Source of the DNA: a virus
Lineage: Duplodnaviria > Caudoviricetes
Reading direction: 5' to 3' (one strand)
Virus record (IMG/VR): IMGVR_UViG_3300049182_000044
Location: 192,001 to 256,000 of that record
Length of the DNA: 64,000 nucleotides
Under the pieces are notes generated by a model, which was not told where the DNA came from, did no database searches, and saw nothing but the letters and a program-made list of their open reading frames with translations. Every line of letters begins with the position of its first letter. The stretch's first letter is position 1. This document shows positions 46,142 through 55,766 of the stretch, piece by piece. The position numbers and the translations under genes are program-made.

Positions 46142-46957
46142 TTAGTATTCGTCAGACATCATTATGCCTTCTGCCTGTTTCAATTCAGCATACATTTCCA
46201 GCAAACGCAATGCGTTTGCCGGCGCATAACCCTTGTCGTCGTTATTGAAAAACACATAGACGCTATGAGACTTCGTCCACTGGTACAGGTGCTCTAGGTC
46301 TTCGTGCAGTTGATCGTCACTATACAGCCCAGTGTACATTCGATGAGGCCCATGGCGTCGTACATACAGGATGTCACTTGTCACTACGAGTGGTGTCTTG
46401 AACATAGACCAGTCAGCACTCACCAAGGTGGCCTCGTAGCGTTCGAGCAAGCGAAACGTGTCCATCTGAAACCAGCTAGGATGGCGCACTTCAAGTGCCA
46501 CGCGAACGCCATACGCACGAGCCATGGTCAAGACCTTGCGTAATGCAACGAGGTCTTGTTGCATACGGGCCGGCAGCTGCACCAGCACCGGGCCTCGATT
46601 GTGTTCAGGCAACATTAAGAAGCCCTCGAAGAAGTAATCGAGTAGGTCAACACCTTGTGCTGTGCCTCCTTCACGAATCAATTGCTCGGTCTTGCGTCGC
46701 CCGTTACCACGCAACCTCAAACGGCGATTGTGTGTGACAGAGCGTGGAGCTTTCAGTACCAAGGGAAAGTCCTTCGGTAGCTTCTTAGCCCACGATGCAA
46801 CGGTCTCGGGTCGAGGTATGTTGTAGAACGAGGAGTTGATTTCGATTGTGTTCACGCGCTCGACGATGTAGGACAAGCGGTCCTTCACGCCGGGCGGGTA
46901 AAACACGCCGTTGTCCCAGTGCCGATACTGGTAACCACTTGTGCCTACGTATAACAT
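46142..46957 (-). CDS. DUF72 (YecE-like) TIM-barrel protein
   Basis: YVGTSGY...W...FYP, TIEINSSFY, LKAPRSVTH, GPVLVQLP, ALEVRHPSW, YVRRHG, VYVFFNND. Confidence 0.9.
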   Translation of the reverse strand: MLYVGTSGYQYRHWDNGVFYPPGVKDRLSYIVERVNTIEINSSFYNIPRPETVASWAKKLPKDFPLVLKAPRSVTHNRRLRLRGNGRRKTEQLIREGGTAQGVDLLDYFFEGFLMLPEHNRGPVLVQLPARMQQDLVALRKVLTMARAYGVRVALEVRHPSWFQMDTFRLLERYEATLVSADWSMFKTPLVVTSDILYVRRHGPHRMYTGLYSDDQLHEDLEHLYQWTKSHSVYVFFNNDDKGYAPANALRLLEMYAELKQAEGIMMSDEY

Positions 46958-46965
46958 AAGGGCCT

Positions 46966-47385
46966 TTACTCTTCGTCCTCGTTAGGATCCGACTTCATTT
47001 CTTCCATCGTGATCTTCGCGAGCTCTTCAGCGGTAGCTTTGCAATCGAGAGCTTCTTGATTCGTCTTGTAGAAGATGAACCACCCACCTGCATAGTTCGG
47101 CGGGAGCAGGTACCCAAGCTCGAGTACAAAGCTGTAGCCTTGTGCAACGTGTGCCGGGACATTCTCAAAGCCGGCGTAGGGAATCGGCTTCCCTTCAATG
47201 AATGCCTTGTATATGTTGAACAGGTCGCCAGTGACCTTGAACGCCGGTTCAGAGCGCGGCCCGACTTGCAGTAGATCAGACAAACCCATCGGGCCGAACG
47301 GCTCACTTAAAACGTAATGCTCCTCGCCCATAAGCTTGATGACAAGCTCGGTGTCAGAGGCTTTGAGTAACTTATCGGGTAACAT
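46966..47385 (-). CDS. Hypothetical protein
   Basis: 139 aa, SD GGAAGG. Confidence 0.6.
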   Translation of the reverse strand: MLPDKLLKASDTELVIKLMGEEHYVLSEPFGPMGLSDLLQVGPRSEPAFKVTGDLFNIYKAFIEGKPIPYAGFENVPAHVAQGYSFVLELGYLLPPNYAGGWFIFYKTNQEALDCKATAEELAKITMEEMKSDPNEDEE

Positions 47386-47388
47386 GAT

Positions 47389-47724
47389 TCATCCTTCCTT
47401 TTTCGGTTCAAATTCCCAGTCAAGCCTGTCACGAAAGCCGCGCCCGAATATAACGAGCTGCATGGTTCGCATGAATGTTTCCTCGTCGTCGATTTTGTAC
47501 CGATCAACGGCTCTGCAAATCTTGTGACGAGTAATGTGGGTCATCGCAACCTGCACATCGCCTTGATCTGTAGCGAGCAGCAGTCGATGCGGTGAGATTT
47601 CTTTCACATCGAAGCGTCTGCCTCGTTTGCAGGCATCGGATCGAAACAGGTAGGGCGGTTGCTCTACGAATGGTTTTTCAGGAGTGAGCCGCCGTGGCAG
47701 ACCTTCGAGGAGTGCTTTGCTCAT
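47389..47724 (-). CDS. Hypothetical protein
   Basis: 111 aa, ATGA overlap. Confidence 0.6.
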   Translation of the reverse strand: MSKALLEGLPRRLTPEKPFVEQPPYLFRSDACKRGRRFDVKEISPHRLLLATDQGDVQVAMTHITRHKICRAVDRYKIDDEETFMRTMQLVIFGRGFRDRLDWEFEPKKEG

Positions 47725-48053
47725 GCGTCACCCCATGTGCCTTGAGTGCGCTCTGCCGGTGACGGATCGTTCTCGTAATCCTTGTGTCGATCACGAATAG
47801 CCAACTTCATGTGGTGCCACCCACCTAGTACGAGGACCGCATACGGGTATGCAAAGGGCTTCCACCAATCGTCCGGTGCCCAATAGTAGTACCAAAACCA
47901 TTCACGGTCATAGTGACCGCGATTGACCAGCCAGCCTATAGTACCATAGACGGCTCGCATCAGGAGCAGGAGCGCCACGATCAAACAAATGCTGACAAAA
48001 ATGTGCCAGAGGCTGAACTCTTGCTGCAGCAGAAAAAAGAGAGTAGTTGTCAT
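47721..48053 (-). CDS. Membrane protein
   Basis: Hydrophobic, Trp/Tyr-rich. Confidence 0.6.
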   Translation of the reverse strand: MTTTLFFLLQQEFSLWHIFVSICLIVALLLLMRAVYGTIGWLVNRGHYDREWFWYYYWAPDDWWKPFAYPYAVLVLGGWHHMKLAIRDRHKDYENDPSPAERTQGTWGDA

Positions 48054-49039
48054 GCGTTATCCTTTTCTATTACGACATAGTCCTTTGAGACGATGCCCTT
48101 AGCTTTGTTACCGCGACCGTGGTCATTCCACCAAAAGATACCCGTCGCCCGCGTTTTGAAATGACCGATCACAGTTCCCCAACGACGTTCAGAAGAAGTA
48201 TTGGTGAACATATCACGTATTGCTCCGAAGTTCACCTTCTTCCGGTCTACCCGCTTGGCACCTTCACTGACGAAGATATCAAGTGTGTAGTAGTCAAAGA
48301 ATGGTATGCGCTTGTTCCTCTTCCGCTTCTTGTTCAACTTCTCAGGAGCTTCTGATGCTTGCACGACTTTCAGGTTGCGCGTGTTGAGCAACAAGCAGGC
48401 GCGAATCGCAGTACACAATTCCTCGGCTACGTCATTGGTCAACGCCGCATGCTGATCCTTCGGAGGCATGTGACCCATTGTATCGGCGATCATTTCGGTC
48501 AAGAACGGATACGTATGAAAGTAGGCCTTGAGCGTTTGATTGTCGATCAGCATACCGTGATCGGTAGAGCCTGCTATCTCCTCGTCGATGTATGCGGCAC
48601 CCATGCTCGGTATCCACATCTTCTTTTCGTCGGCGTAGTAGAAGCTCAGCACCAGTACGCCTTGAGCATTCTGCGGCAAGAAACCTTGCTTCCGGTAGCG
48701 TAAGACGGGTCCTGAATTGACACGAGCATCGTACACCAAAGCGATGCGTCGCGTGCTAGCGGCGGTAGGTACATAAACATCTGCACCGCCTTCGTCCCGT
48801 GCGTGGGGACAGCTGTACTCGAATGCGCAAACCTTGTAAGGCAGCCTGAGGAACTTCAACGCAGGTAGCGTTGCCTTTACGTTCAAAGCATTCGGTGGAG
48901 GCAGTAGGAACTTCTTGGCGGCCATCAAGTCGTAGCAAACAGCTTGCAACTCGAAGAAGTCTTTTGGCATCTTCAACTTTGTCTTCATTAACAGAAGGAG
49001 TTTGTCCATCTGCTCCAGACAGTCAGTAACGTAGTTCAT
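48050..49039 (-). CDS. Hypothetical phage protein
   Basis: 329 aa; C-terminal GHFK...GIFWW.DH.RG motif. Confidence 0.7.
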   Translation of the reverse strand: MNYVTDCLEQMDKLLLLMKTKLKMPKDFFELQAVCYDLMAAKKFLLPPPNALNVKATLPALKFLRLPYKVCAFEYSCPHARDEGGADVYVPTAASTRRIALVYDARVNSGPVLRYRKQGFLPQNAQGVLVLSFYYADEKKMWIPSMGAAYIDEEIAGSTDHGMLIDNQTLKAYFHTYPFLTEMIADTMGHMPPKDQHAALTNDVAEELCTAIRACLLLNTRNLKVVQASEAPEKLNKKRKRNKRIPFFDYYTLDIFVSEGAKRVDRKKVNFGAIRDMFTNTSSERRWGTVIGHFKTRATGIFWWNDHGRGNKAKGIVSKDYVVIEKDNA

Positions 49040-49076
49040 AGTAGTTCTTTTTCAAATGGGATTGGTGAAGGCCTTA

Positions 49077-49373
49077 CTAATGGCTTGCTCGTGCCTCTTT
49101 TAAGGTGTCCTCCAGTTTCTGAAGGTACGGCTCAATTTCAGATCGGAAAGAAGCAGGAGTGAGTGGTCTCTCAATACGCAAAGGCTCTCCAACGACCTCC
49201 TTGTTTTTCAAGATGCGCTCACTCCCGTCATCGTCGATGAACACCACTCGATGTGCCAGAGCTACGTCTTGCATCGTGCATGAAAGATCGTAGTAATGAA
49301 CCTGTCCTGCAGGTTTCATCCGAGCTGCCGAACGTAGGTTGTGGCGACGAATAATCAGTTCGAGGTATTTCAT
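49077..49373 (-). CDS. Hypothetical protein
   Basis: 98 aa, ATGA overlap. Confidence 0.6.
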   Translation of the reverse strand: MKYLELIIRRHNLRSAARMKPAGQVHYYDLSCTMQDVALAHRVVFIDDDGSERILKNKEVVGEPLRIERPLTPASFRSEIEPYLQKLEDTLKEARASH

Positions 49374-50083
49374 GGAATCTCCTGCGCATGCTGCATACGA
49401 TACCTAGGGTTCTCCCACAAGGATAACTTCTCGTTCCAAGTAGGGTTCTTCAACACCCCGGTGCTTTGCGTTTCCTTGAACATCCACTGCACTGACTCCT
49501 CATAGTCTTTGCCCAAGATGGCATAGTTCTGAAGGTTGATGACCGGGTCCATGCCGCGCATAATTAACTCGGCCGTGGCATCGAGCGAAATAAACAGCGC
49601 GCGACGAATTGCGTACAAGGGTATGCGACCGCGATAAGCGCATGTGCCCATTGCTTCGAGGCTGCGCTCAGCGCTCACCTTGTGCATGTCCTTGCGGTGA
49701 TCCTGCAGGAACATGCTGATTGCTTTGTCGCCTGTGACGCCTCCTTCAACCAACTGACCTGCCGCCTGGCGCAGCCACAGGATCAATACGTCTTCGTCAG
49801 CACAGAACTTGTCCTGCTCAAGAAGCTCTGTATTGATTTCGTAGATGACCGTCTTGTAGACGTCGTTTTCGTGCAGCGCCTGTTCTGCGAAGAACAACGG
49901 GTAAGCACTCGTCAAGTAGATGTGATCGGGGCTCGATTCACCAAATGCATGAGCTGGCCCGACGTTTGGGTTGCGCACACAGGTTGCGGCGATGCGCGAC
50001 AAGCAGCGAGGAAGCAGTCCGTTCTCTGCAATTGAATCGTGCCGCGCAGCCGTAGTGCCGTGATAAAGGAACTTTGGAATCAT
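49370..50083 (-). CDS. ART-fold protein of the H-type (HGT...GL...YLT) class
   Basis: FLYHGT...I.ENGL.P...HIYLT...IYEI... Confidence 0.6.
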   Translation of the reverse strand: MIPKFLYHGTTAARHDSIAENGLLPRCLSRIAATCVRNPNVGPAHAFGESSPDHIYLTSAYPLFFAEQALHENDVYKTVIYEINTELLEQDKFCADEDVLILWLRQAAGQLVEGGVTGDKAISMFLQDHRKDMHKVSAERSLEAMGTCAYRGRIPLYAIRRALFISLDATAELIMRGMDPVINLQNYAILGKDYEESVQWMFKETQSTGVLKNPTWNEKLSLWENPRYRMQHAQEIP

Positions 50084-50099
50084 TACTTCTCCTTCGACA

Positions 50100-50462
50100 T
50101 TAGCTTATTGTGTAGCATTTATTGTTGAGAAGCTCGATCACCCGAGACTTAGGAAGAACTGCTACGCCTTGACCTTTCACAATACCGTCTCGCAAGTGTT
50201 GAATGTAGTTGCCGTATCGAGGTTCAGGTGAACGCTGCGCATCAAGGAGTTGGTGATACTCAGAGCTTCTTGAAGAGACGTCTGTAATAAGGACGTGCTG
50301 CTCCGGCCCGTAAGTTCCTTTCTCGTACACCCACACATTGCAGATAATAGTTTTGTTAGTTACTGGATCAACAACCTTGAACAGTGGATGCGTACTTTCG
50401 ATCTGCGTGTTCGGTGCCAAACCTTCTAGCAGCTCCGGTGTCAATTGCTTAAAGTCTGTCAT
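50100..50462 (-). CDS. Hypothetical protein
   Basis: Start 50462 via ATGA overlap. Confidence 0.6.
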   Translation of the reverse strand: MTDFKQLTPELLEGLAPNTQIESTHPLFKVVDPVTNKTIICNVWVYEKGTYGPEQHVLITDVSSRSSEYHQLLDAQRSPEPRYGNYIQHLRDGIVKGQGVAVLPKSRVIELLNNKCYTIS

Positions 50463-50845
50463 TCGACTCCCCATTCAATGCGAACGTGATTGTCGAAACA
50501 GCCGAGCAGCTTGTATGTGAGTGCAAAGAACTCTATCACTTCACGAATGCACTCAAGCTGCACCCGACCATAGTCTTGATTGACCCGAGTGCCTGCATCG
50601 ACAAATTGCTCTACCAGTTTTCCAATGCGATACAAGTCGTTGAATCGAATTGAAGGTTGCAGAGGTTTCGGACAAGCCGCTTCGAGATACACATAGCGTG
50701 CCGCGTTAGGGTTGATCTTAATTTTGGTGAAATTCAAAAAGCACTCAGCATCAATCTGCTTCACTAGCACGAGATGCTCTCCGCAGTATAGGTCTGGTGG
50801 CAGCGTGGTTTGATTTACGGCTAAGAGCTTCAACGTTGTTTTCAT
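50459..50845 (-). CDS. Hypothetical protein
   Basis: 128 aa. Confidence 0.55.
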   Translation of the reverse strand: MKTTLKLLAVNQTTLPPDLYCGEHLVLVKQIDAECFLNFTKIKINPNAARYVYLEAACPKPLQPSIRFNDLYRIGKLVEQFVDAGTRVNQDYGRVQLECIREVIEFFALTYKLLGCFDNHVRIEWGVE

Positions 50846-51029
50846 GCTTGTCCTTCGTAGGTTGTTTGAATCGAGGCGGAAGACCCGCAGCGAGAAGTGC
50901 TTCGAGGCAGCGCCTGTTGAAGTCTCGCTTCGGAATCTTCCTGCTAATAAGTGGAACGATCACATCGAGCTGCTTTTGATTGAGGAGCGCCTCGGTGTCA
51001 TTCGGCCCTTTCAGATATACGTGCAACAT
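50751..51029 (-). CDS. Hypothetical protein (overlaps next gene)
   Basis: Internal start MLHVYL with SD AAGG; 95-nt overlap lowers confidence. Confidence 0.35.
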   Translation of the reverse strand: MLHVYLKGPNDTEALLNQKQLDVIVPLISRKIPKRDFNRRCLEALLAAGLPPRFKQPTKDKHENNVEALSRKSNHAATRPILRRASRASEAD

Positions 51030-51036
51030 GACTGCC

Positions 51037-51486
51037 TTATGTCGGAGGGTACTCGGAGAACAAGCAACTGTTAATCTTGAACAGCAGCTCATCCACGGGT
51101 ATCGTATGACCGGAACGCTTCTCAAGCTCGTCACGCAACCGAAGAAGCGAACTGACGATTGTTGGATGAGGTTGTAGCGGTTGCTCAATACGAGGTATTG
51201 TCTCTGCATTGAACGGGTCGTATCCCTCACCGGCTGCGGTCATGTCGAATGCTAGGTCGAACATGCCACGATGGGTGAAGAAGACGTAGTTTTTCGGTCC
51301 ACGGTTTGCACCTGTCCATTGTGCAGGTGTCGCAGTAGTGACCTGCACGCCTTCATTTGCGAAGTCTTGGTCTGCGACACCTGCGCGGTCAATGAACACC
51401 GCCTCGTGCTCTTTGCACATCTTGATGACGAGGGCCTTGTTTGCGGGGCTCCACCCCGTGTTTGAAGCTACTCTAATACGCATCAT
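51037..51486 (-). CDS. Hypothetical protein
   Basis: 149 aa, SD GGAGG, ATGA overlap. Confidence 0.65.
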   Translation of the reverse strand: MMRIRVASNTGWSPANKALVIKMCKEHEAVFIDRAGVADQDFANEGVQVTTATPAQWTGANRGPKNYVFFTHRGMFDLAFDMTAAGEGYDPFNAETIPRIEQPLQPHPTIVSSLLRLRDELEKRSGHTIPVDELLFKINSCLFSEYPPT

Positions 51487-51707
51487 CCCTCCTCGACCAT
51501 ATCAATGATGACTTCGCAACCTGCAGCGGTCAGAATGTTGCGAAGAATGTTTGCGGTAATGTCACCGGACGCCTTGTTGCGCACCACACCGTTACAGCCT
51601 TCAAACACCTCGAGGCTGTTCGTCTCGAACTTCTCATGCCCTGCTGGGTAGTTCGAGACGGTTACGCTATGTTCGTCGGTGGTTAGATAGATTCTTGGTT
51701 TTTCCAT
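51483..51707 (-). CDS. Hypothetical protein
   Basis: 74 aa. Confidence 0.6.
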   Translation of the reverse strand: MEKPRIYLTTDEHSVTVSNYPAGHEKFETNSLEVFEGCNGVVRNKASGDITANILRNILTAAGCEVIIDMVEEG

Positions 51708-51710
51708 TTC

Positions 51711-52031
51711 TCACTTTCCTTTTACAGGAGTAACGTTGCCTTCAACGGGTGTCTCACCGATGACTGCACCGGGTACGCGCAGCTTGCATGGGACTGGCTT
51801 GCCTGTGTTCGGGTCGAGCCGTTCCTTGCCCCAGCTGCCGTTGCCGTTTGCGAAGTATTCATGCAGCGTTCCTCGCCAGCAGAACTCGTACACATAAACG
51901 GCCGCGCCAGTTGGCGACAAGTCAACGGCGCCCACTAAGCGCGGCTGTGAATCGTACTTTTGAGGGGCCGGAATCTCTTCACGACAACCGGCAAGCAGCA
52001 ACGCTGCGGGAATAATGAATAACTGTTTCAT
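51711..52031 (-). CDS. Lipoprotein
   Basis: Signal peptide with lipobox LAGC (MKQLFIIPAALLLAGC). Confidence 0.7.
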   Translation of the reverse strand: MKQLFIIPAALLLAGCREEIPAPQKYDSQPRLVGAVDLSPTGAAVYVYEFCWRGTLHEYFANGNGSWGKERLDPNTGKPVPCKLRVPGAVIGETPVEGNVTPVKGK

Positions 52032-52486
52032 TAGGCGGCCTTCTGTTTGTCACCGTCATAAACCTTGAATGCGGGAACCTTGTGTGGACGTTCCTGCGCT
52101 GGCGGCTGCTTCACTGCCTTGCCCTCGACAAAATAGTGAGGATGAATCAAGCGCGGCTGCACATCCTTTTCATACGAAGCGGGAGGTGCTGTGTACAAAC
52201 CCAGCATCTTCGGCTTCATGTGAACGAGGCCGAGCGTCTCAGTTGCGTAGTCAACAGCTTCTTGAAACGACTTGAATCGGAGGATCGGATACATCAACGT
52301 GTGGTCGTCGTCCGAAATCGGTTCTCCGTCTTGCGAATGCACTGTATGCCATCCGTTGCCTGCGTCAACCTCAAGCTCGAAAAACGGCGACACGAACACG
52401 ACACGGAACTTCAAGTTGCACTGATACCGAGCATTGTCCTTACGGCGACGGATGAGTGCAAGAATAAGGTGCGCGATCTTTTTCAT
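52031..52486 (-). CDS. Hypothetical protein, possible N-terminal anchor
   Basis: 151 aa, SD GGGAG. Confidence 0.6.
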   Translation of the reverse strand: MKKIAHLILALIRRRKDNARYQCNLKFRVVFVSPFFELEVDAGNGWHTVHSQDGEPISDDDHTLMYPILRFKSFQEAVDYATETLGLVHMKPKMLGLYTAPPASYEKDVQPRLIHPHYFVEGKAVKQPPAQERPHKVPAFKVYDGDKQKAA

Positions 52487-52543
52487 TTGTTACTCCCTCA
52501 AAGTGAATGGTTGGTACTGGTTGGTGAATTTACTGCAGGTGAA

Positions 52544-53251
52544 TCATTTTGGCGTTTTAGGTTTGGCGGTGATTACATTAACCTCCATTACCTTCTGCCC
52601 GTTGTGAGTGAGTGACGTTTTATGCTCGCCGTCATCCGCCCAGACGATGTGCGGGATGGCCATGCGTGTCGCAGCCTTGATACCGTCGCCTTCGAGTTTC
52701 TTTCCAGTCTCTTCCTCGATGCTGGCGATCATTGCGGTGCGCCCAAGACGGACTGCACGAATGCTTTCCTTCAACTGATCGAGACAATCATCAAGGCGAT
52801 CATCTGGAATGTCGAGCAAGTCCGTCATGTAGCGGAGGACGTAGCGGTTCGGAGCGTCGTCAAATGCTGACCGTCCTGTTGCAACCTGCGCCACACCTCG
52901 ATCTTCCAAGCTAGCAGGAGGAGCATTCGGTACGGCGAGCACCTGCGCCAGGCGATCTTCCCCATCTTCCCCATCTTCCTCTTCCTCCTCGATGCCCAAT
53001 TCATCCAGTTCGCTCTGCAAACCGGGGTTGTAATGCTCGAAGGTTGCTGAGAGTTGCGAGATCTTCACTTCGCCGTCCACAGCATCACTTTCGTAGGTGA
53101 TATGGTCAGAGTATACGCCGGTGACACGCACGTATTCAGGAGCAGAGCCTTCGCCCATGCTATTCTCGAACTCCTCTTCGGCGTCTTCAGTGAAGCTGAG
53201 GAGAGTCCCTTGGGTGACCGGCCTGCCTTTAAGCATTGTGCTTTTATTCAT
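52544..53251 (-). CDS. Acidic hypothetical protein
   Basis: 235 aa, SD AAGGGG. Confidence 0.65.
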   Translation of the reverse strand: MNKSTMLKGRPVTQGTLLSFTEDAEEEFENSMGEGSAPEYVRVTGVYSDHITYESDAVDGEVKISQLSATFEHYNPGLQSELDELGIEEEEEDGEDGEDRLAQVLAVPNAPPASLEDRGVAQVATGRSAFDDAPNRYVLRYMTDLLDIPDDRLDDCLDQLKESIRAVRLGRTAMIASIEEETGKKLEGDGIKAATRMAIPHIVWADDGEHKTSLTHNGQKVMEVNVITAKPKTPK

Positions 53252-53261
53252 TTTAAACCCC

Positions 53262-53675
53262 TTATGGTCTGCGGCTCTTGGAGCCGATTGTTTTAACGTC
53301 GATGCCTTCTGTAACGTACTGGGCGGGACCCTTGTTATACATCGGCATCAATGATTCACTCTTTGCCTTGGTCTGTGCTGCGACCTCTGGCGATTCCTCG
53401 GCTAAGCTGCGTGGATCCATTGCCGAACGCTTCAATGCAACTGCACCTTTCACAGTGTCCTTCTTCGACTTGGCTTTACGTGCCTCCTTAACACGTTTCG
53501 CCACAACCTCGTCGATGATGACCTTCGTCTTCTTTGCCTTCTTCGGCGCCGAAGCCTGCACAGTTGATTTCAATGTTGCGTTCGACCACTTGTCCTTCAG
53601 CTTGTTCCAGCTTTGCTGTTGCTCTTCGTACTGGCGCTTCTGTTCAGCCGATTTGAACTTCTTCGGCTTCTTCAT
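53262..53675 (-). CDS. Basic hypothetical phage protein
   Basis: C-terminal PMYNKGPAQY; SD AAGGAG. Confidence 0.7.
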   Translation of the reverse strand: MKKPKKFKSAEQKRQYEEQQQSWNKLKDKWSNATLKSTVQASAPKKAKKTKVIIDEVVAKRVKEARKAKSKKDTVKGAVALKRSAMDPRSLAEESPEVAAQTKAKSESLMPMYNKGPAQYVTEGIDVKTIGSKSRRP

Positions 53676-53685
53676 GGCGCACTCC

Positions 53686-54105
53686 TTAAAGTATTTCTTT
53701 GCCTTCGAGGCGATTGTTGAACTCTTCCCAGGTCAATTTGACTAGGGGCCTAGACAGATCGTTGAGAGGGCAATCGAGGATCATCTGAGTAATCGAGGAT
53801 ACAGCTTCGGCATAACTCAGGTTGCCGGAATCGCCACCACTGATCGCAAACGCAGCCGTGTTACCCATGCCACCGTCTGATACATCGTCACCTTCCTCAA
53901 AGGTCATCACGTTTGCCGTAATGAGGTATTGTACCAACTTGGTGAACGTTGACTGCATAAATGCATCTGCGTCTTTGATATTTACACCAGGTATGTACAT
54001 GAGGATGTAGTTGTACTGGCACTTCGTGGTCTTGAGTGCAAAGCCTAAGTGAAACTCCTCAACGTCAAGCTCTTGAGTGTTATGTCGATCTTCATCGCGT
54101 ATCAT
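53686..54105 (-). CDS. Hypothetical protein
   Basis: 139 aa, SD AAAGGA. Confidence 0.6.
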   Translation of the reverse strand: MIRDEDRHNTQELDVEEFHLGFALKTTKCQYNYILMYIPGVNIKDADAFMQSTFTKLVQYLITANVMTFEEGDDVSDGGMGNTAAFAISGGDSGNLSYAEAVSSITQMILDCPLNDLSRPLVKLTWEEFNNRLEGKEIL

Positions 54106-54136
54106 CGGGTTCCTTTCTTGATCTTAGTCCAGGCTT

Positions 54137-54667
54137 TCAGGCTTTCAGGATTTCCTTGCACTCCCTTGCCTGACAGCCCTGCCATCGAGAAGCCCACAAC
54201 AGCATCAAATCCAACTGGTGCTTCACACCGTCGAGGCCGTAATGAAGCGCTGCCTTAGCCATTGCATTAGCATAGACGTAAGCGCTTGTGTTCATTTCAG
54301 GTGTTACGTTCACCATTGCGAGGCGCAAGGCGTGAATGACTTCGGGTTTGACCTGCATGAGCTTGAGCCACTCGCGCAATGTCTCGCTCATTACAACGCC
54401 GCCTTCCGGCGGGTTGAGTACAACCTTTATGTATTTGGAATGGCCGCTGTAGTTGCCGACTGCTTCGTCAGTCATGAGTTCATTGCAGACGTATTTATAC
54501 GTCTCGCAGTTATGCTCAATCGTGTCTGGCCAAAGTCTTGAGTAGGCCAGCATATCGGCGTATGCGTAGAGTGTGTCGCCTACAACGTGACGTACTATCA
54601 CTTGGTTGCGGCGCATGTAATCGGAGGAATGGATGGTGGGAGCACGATCTTTCGTGGAGTAGGACAT
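54137..54667 (-). CDS. Hypothetical phage protein
   Basis: Start MSYSTK with SD AAGGAAG; C-terminal W.G..AR..K. Confidence 0.6.
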   Translation of the reverse strand: MSYSTKDRAPTIHSSDYMRRNQVIVRHVVGDTLYAYADMLAYSRLWPDTIEHNCETYKYVCNELMTDEAVGNYSGHSKYIKVVLNPPEGGVVMSETLREWLKLMQVKPEVIHALRLAMVNVTPEMNTSAYVYANAMAKAALHYGLDGVKHQLDLMLLWASRWQGCQARECKEILKA

Positions 54668-54704
54668 TGCAGCTTCCTTCAAGTGTAAGTTGGTAGAGGT
54701 CTTA

Positions 54705-55202
54705 CTAGCCTTGGCTTTCATCAGCGGCGGCTTCAGGCAAATACAGCTGGTTTGATCGTAGCGTATCGACAATCGACTCTACGAGTCCGACGCCGACGCC
54801 AGGTAGTTCAAGTAAACCCTTTTCAGTCATACGAAGCAGTTGTGCAATGTGCGTGATACCGTGCTTCTCAAGCGCAGTAAGCGCACGTTGCCGGAATCCG
54901 TAATCAATCAGCGGCTTGTTCAAGCGACGTGCTAGGTGCATTGGGTTCTGCACTCGGGTTTTCACAACCTGAGCATCCGGAACTCCTTCGCCAGAAGCCT
55001 GAGGCGTTTCAGCTTTCTTTTCAACCCAACCGCCGACTGGCATGTTCACGCGCAGACCATGCTGGACTTTCTCCTCGTTCACGATCTTGTCAACGTCTTC
55101 CATCGAGTGCCCGCTAATCAGGAGAGCACGTACCGAAGCGCGAAGCATTTCCTGCAATGCGTAGTTCATGTTGGATTTTTCAAACAGTTCCTTGTTGTTC
55201 AT
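54705..55202 (-). CDS. Protein with RNA polymerase alpha-CTD-like (HhH) domain
   Basis: FRQRALTALEKHGITHIAQLLRMTEKGLLELPGVG...IVDTL aligns by eye with the RpoA CTD pattern. Confidence 0.7.
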   Translation of the reverse strand: MNNKELFEKSNMNYALQEMLRASVRALLISGHSMEDVDKIVNEEKVQHGLRVNMPVGGWVEKKAETPQASGEGVPDAQVVKTRVQNPMHLARRLNKPLIDYGFRQRALTALEKHGITHIAQLLRMTEKGLLELPGVGVGLVESIVDTLRSNQLYLPEAAADESQG

Positions 55203-55215
55203 GTTCTTCTCCTAG

Positions 55216-55737
55216 TTACGCTGCTTGTTGGTGAAATCGTAGGGCACGCTCGCGTTGAACGCGCAACACTTCAGGATTGTTTTCACGAACCCAGTAGTCC
55301 AACTGCTCGATGTTGGGCACACCTTCGATGCGACGCGGGTGCTCCTCGTCTTTGACATATGCCCAGCCTGAAACCTTAGGCCACGGCTCCTGTCCACGTT
55401 CGATATTTACATTCTCTGCAACGTAGACGTTGACGCGGCCTGGCGTTAGGAACGAAACGCCTTTCTCGTCCGGATGTGGACGTGCTGTGGTGCTGCACAT
55501 GCTGCCACTCATTTCAAAGCCCGAGTGCTTCACCAAACGATCATCAGACCGAATAAGCCTCACGAAAAACAGACGAGGCATACCCGTGTCAGCGTGCGGT
55601 TGGTAGCCGGTAATCATTACCTCGACTTCGCTACCAACCGCAGGGTTTCGCTCACGCTTCGGAAACAGTGCTATGACAGCACCGATCTTGGCGATCACTT
55701 GCCCAGGTTCACGACCTTGTAACACGGTCACTTTCAT
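55216..55737 (-). CDS. Hypothetical protein
   Basis: 173 aa, SD GGAGG. Confidence 0.65.
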   Translation of the reverse strand: MKVTVLQGREPGQVIAKIGAVIALFPKRERNPAVGSEVEVMITGYQPHADTGMPRLFFVRLIRSDDRLVKHSGFEMSGSMCSTTARPHPDEKGVSFLTPGRVNVYVAENVNIERGQEPWPKVSGWAYVKDEEHPRRIEGVPNIEQLDYWVRENNPEVLRVQRERALRFHQQAA

Positions 55738-55766
55738 TTATACCTCCTTGTGGTTGTTGTTCAATG

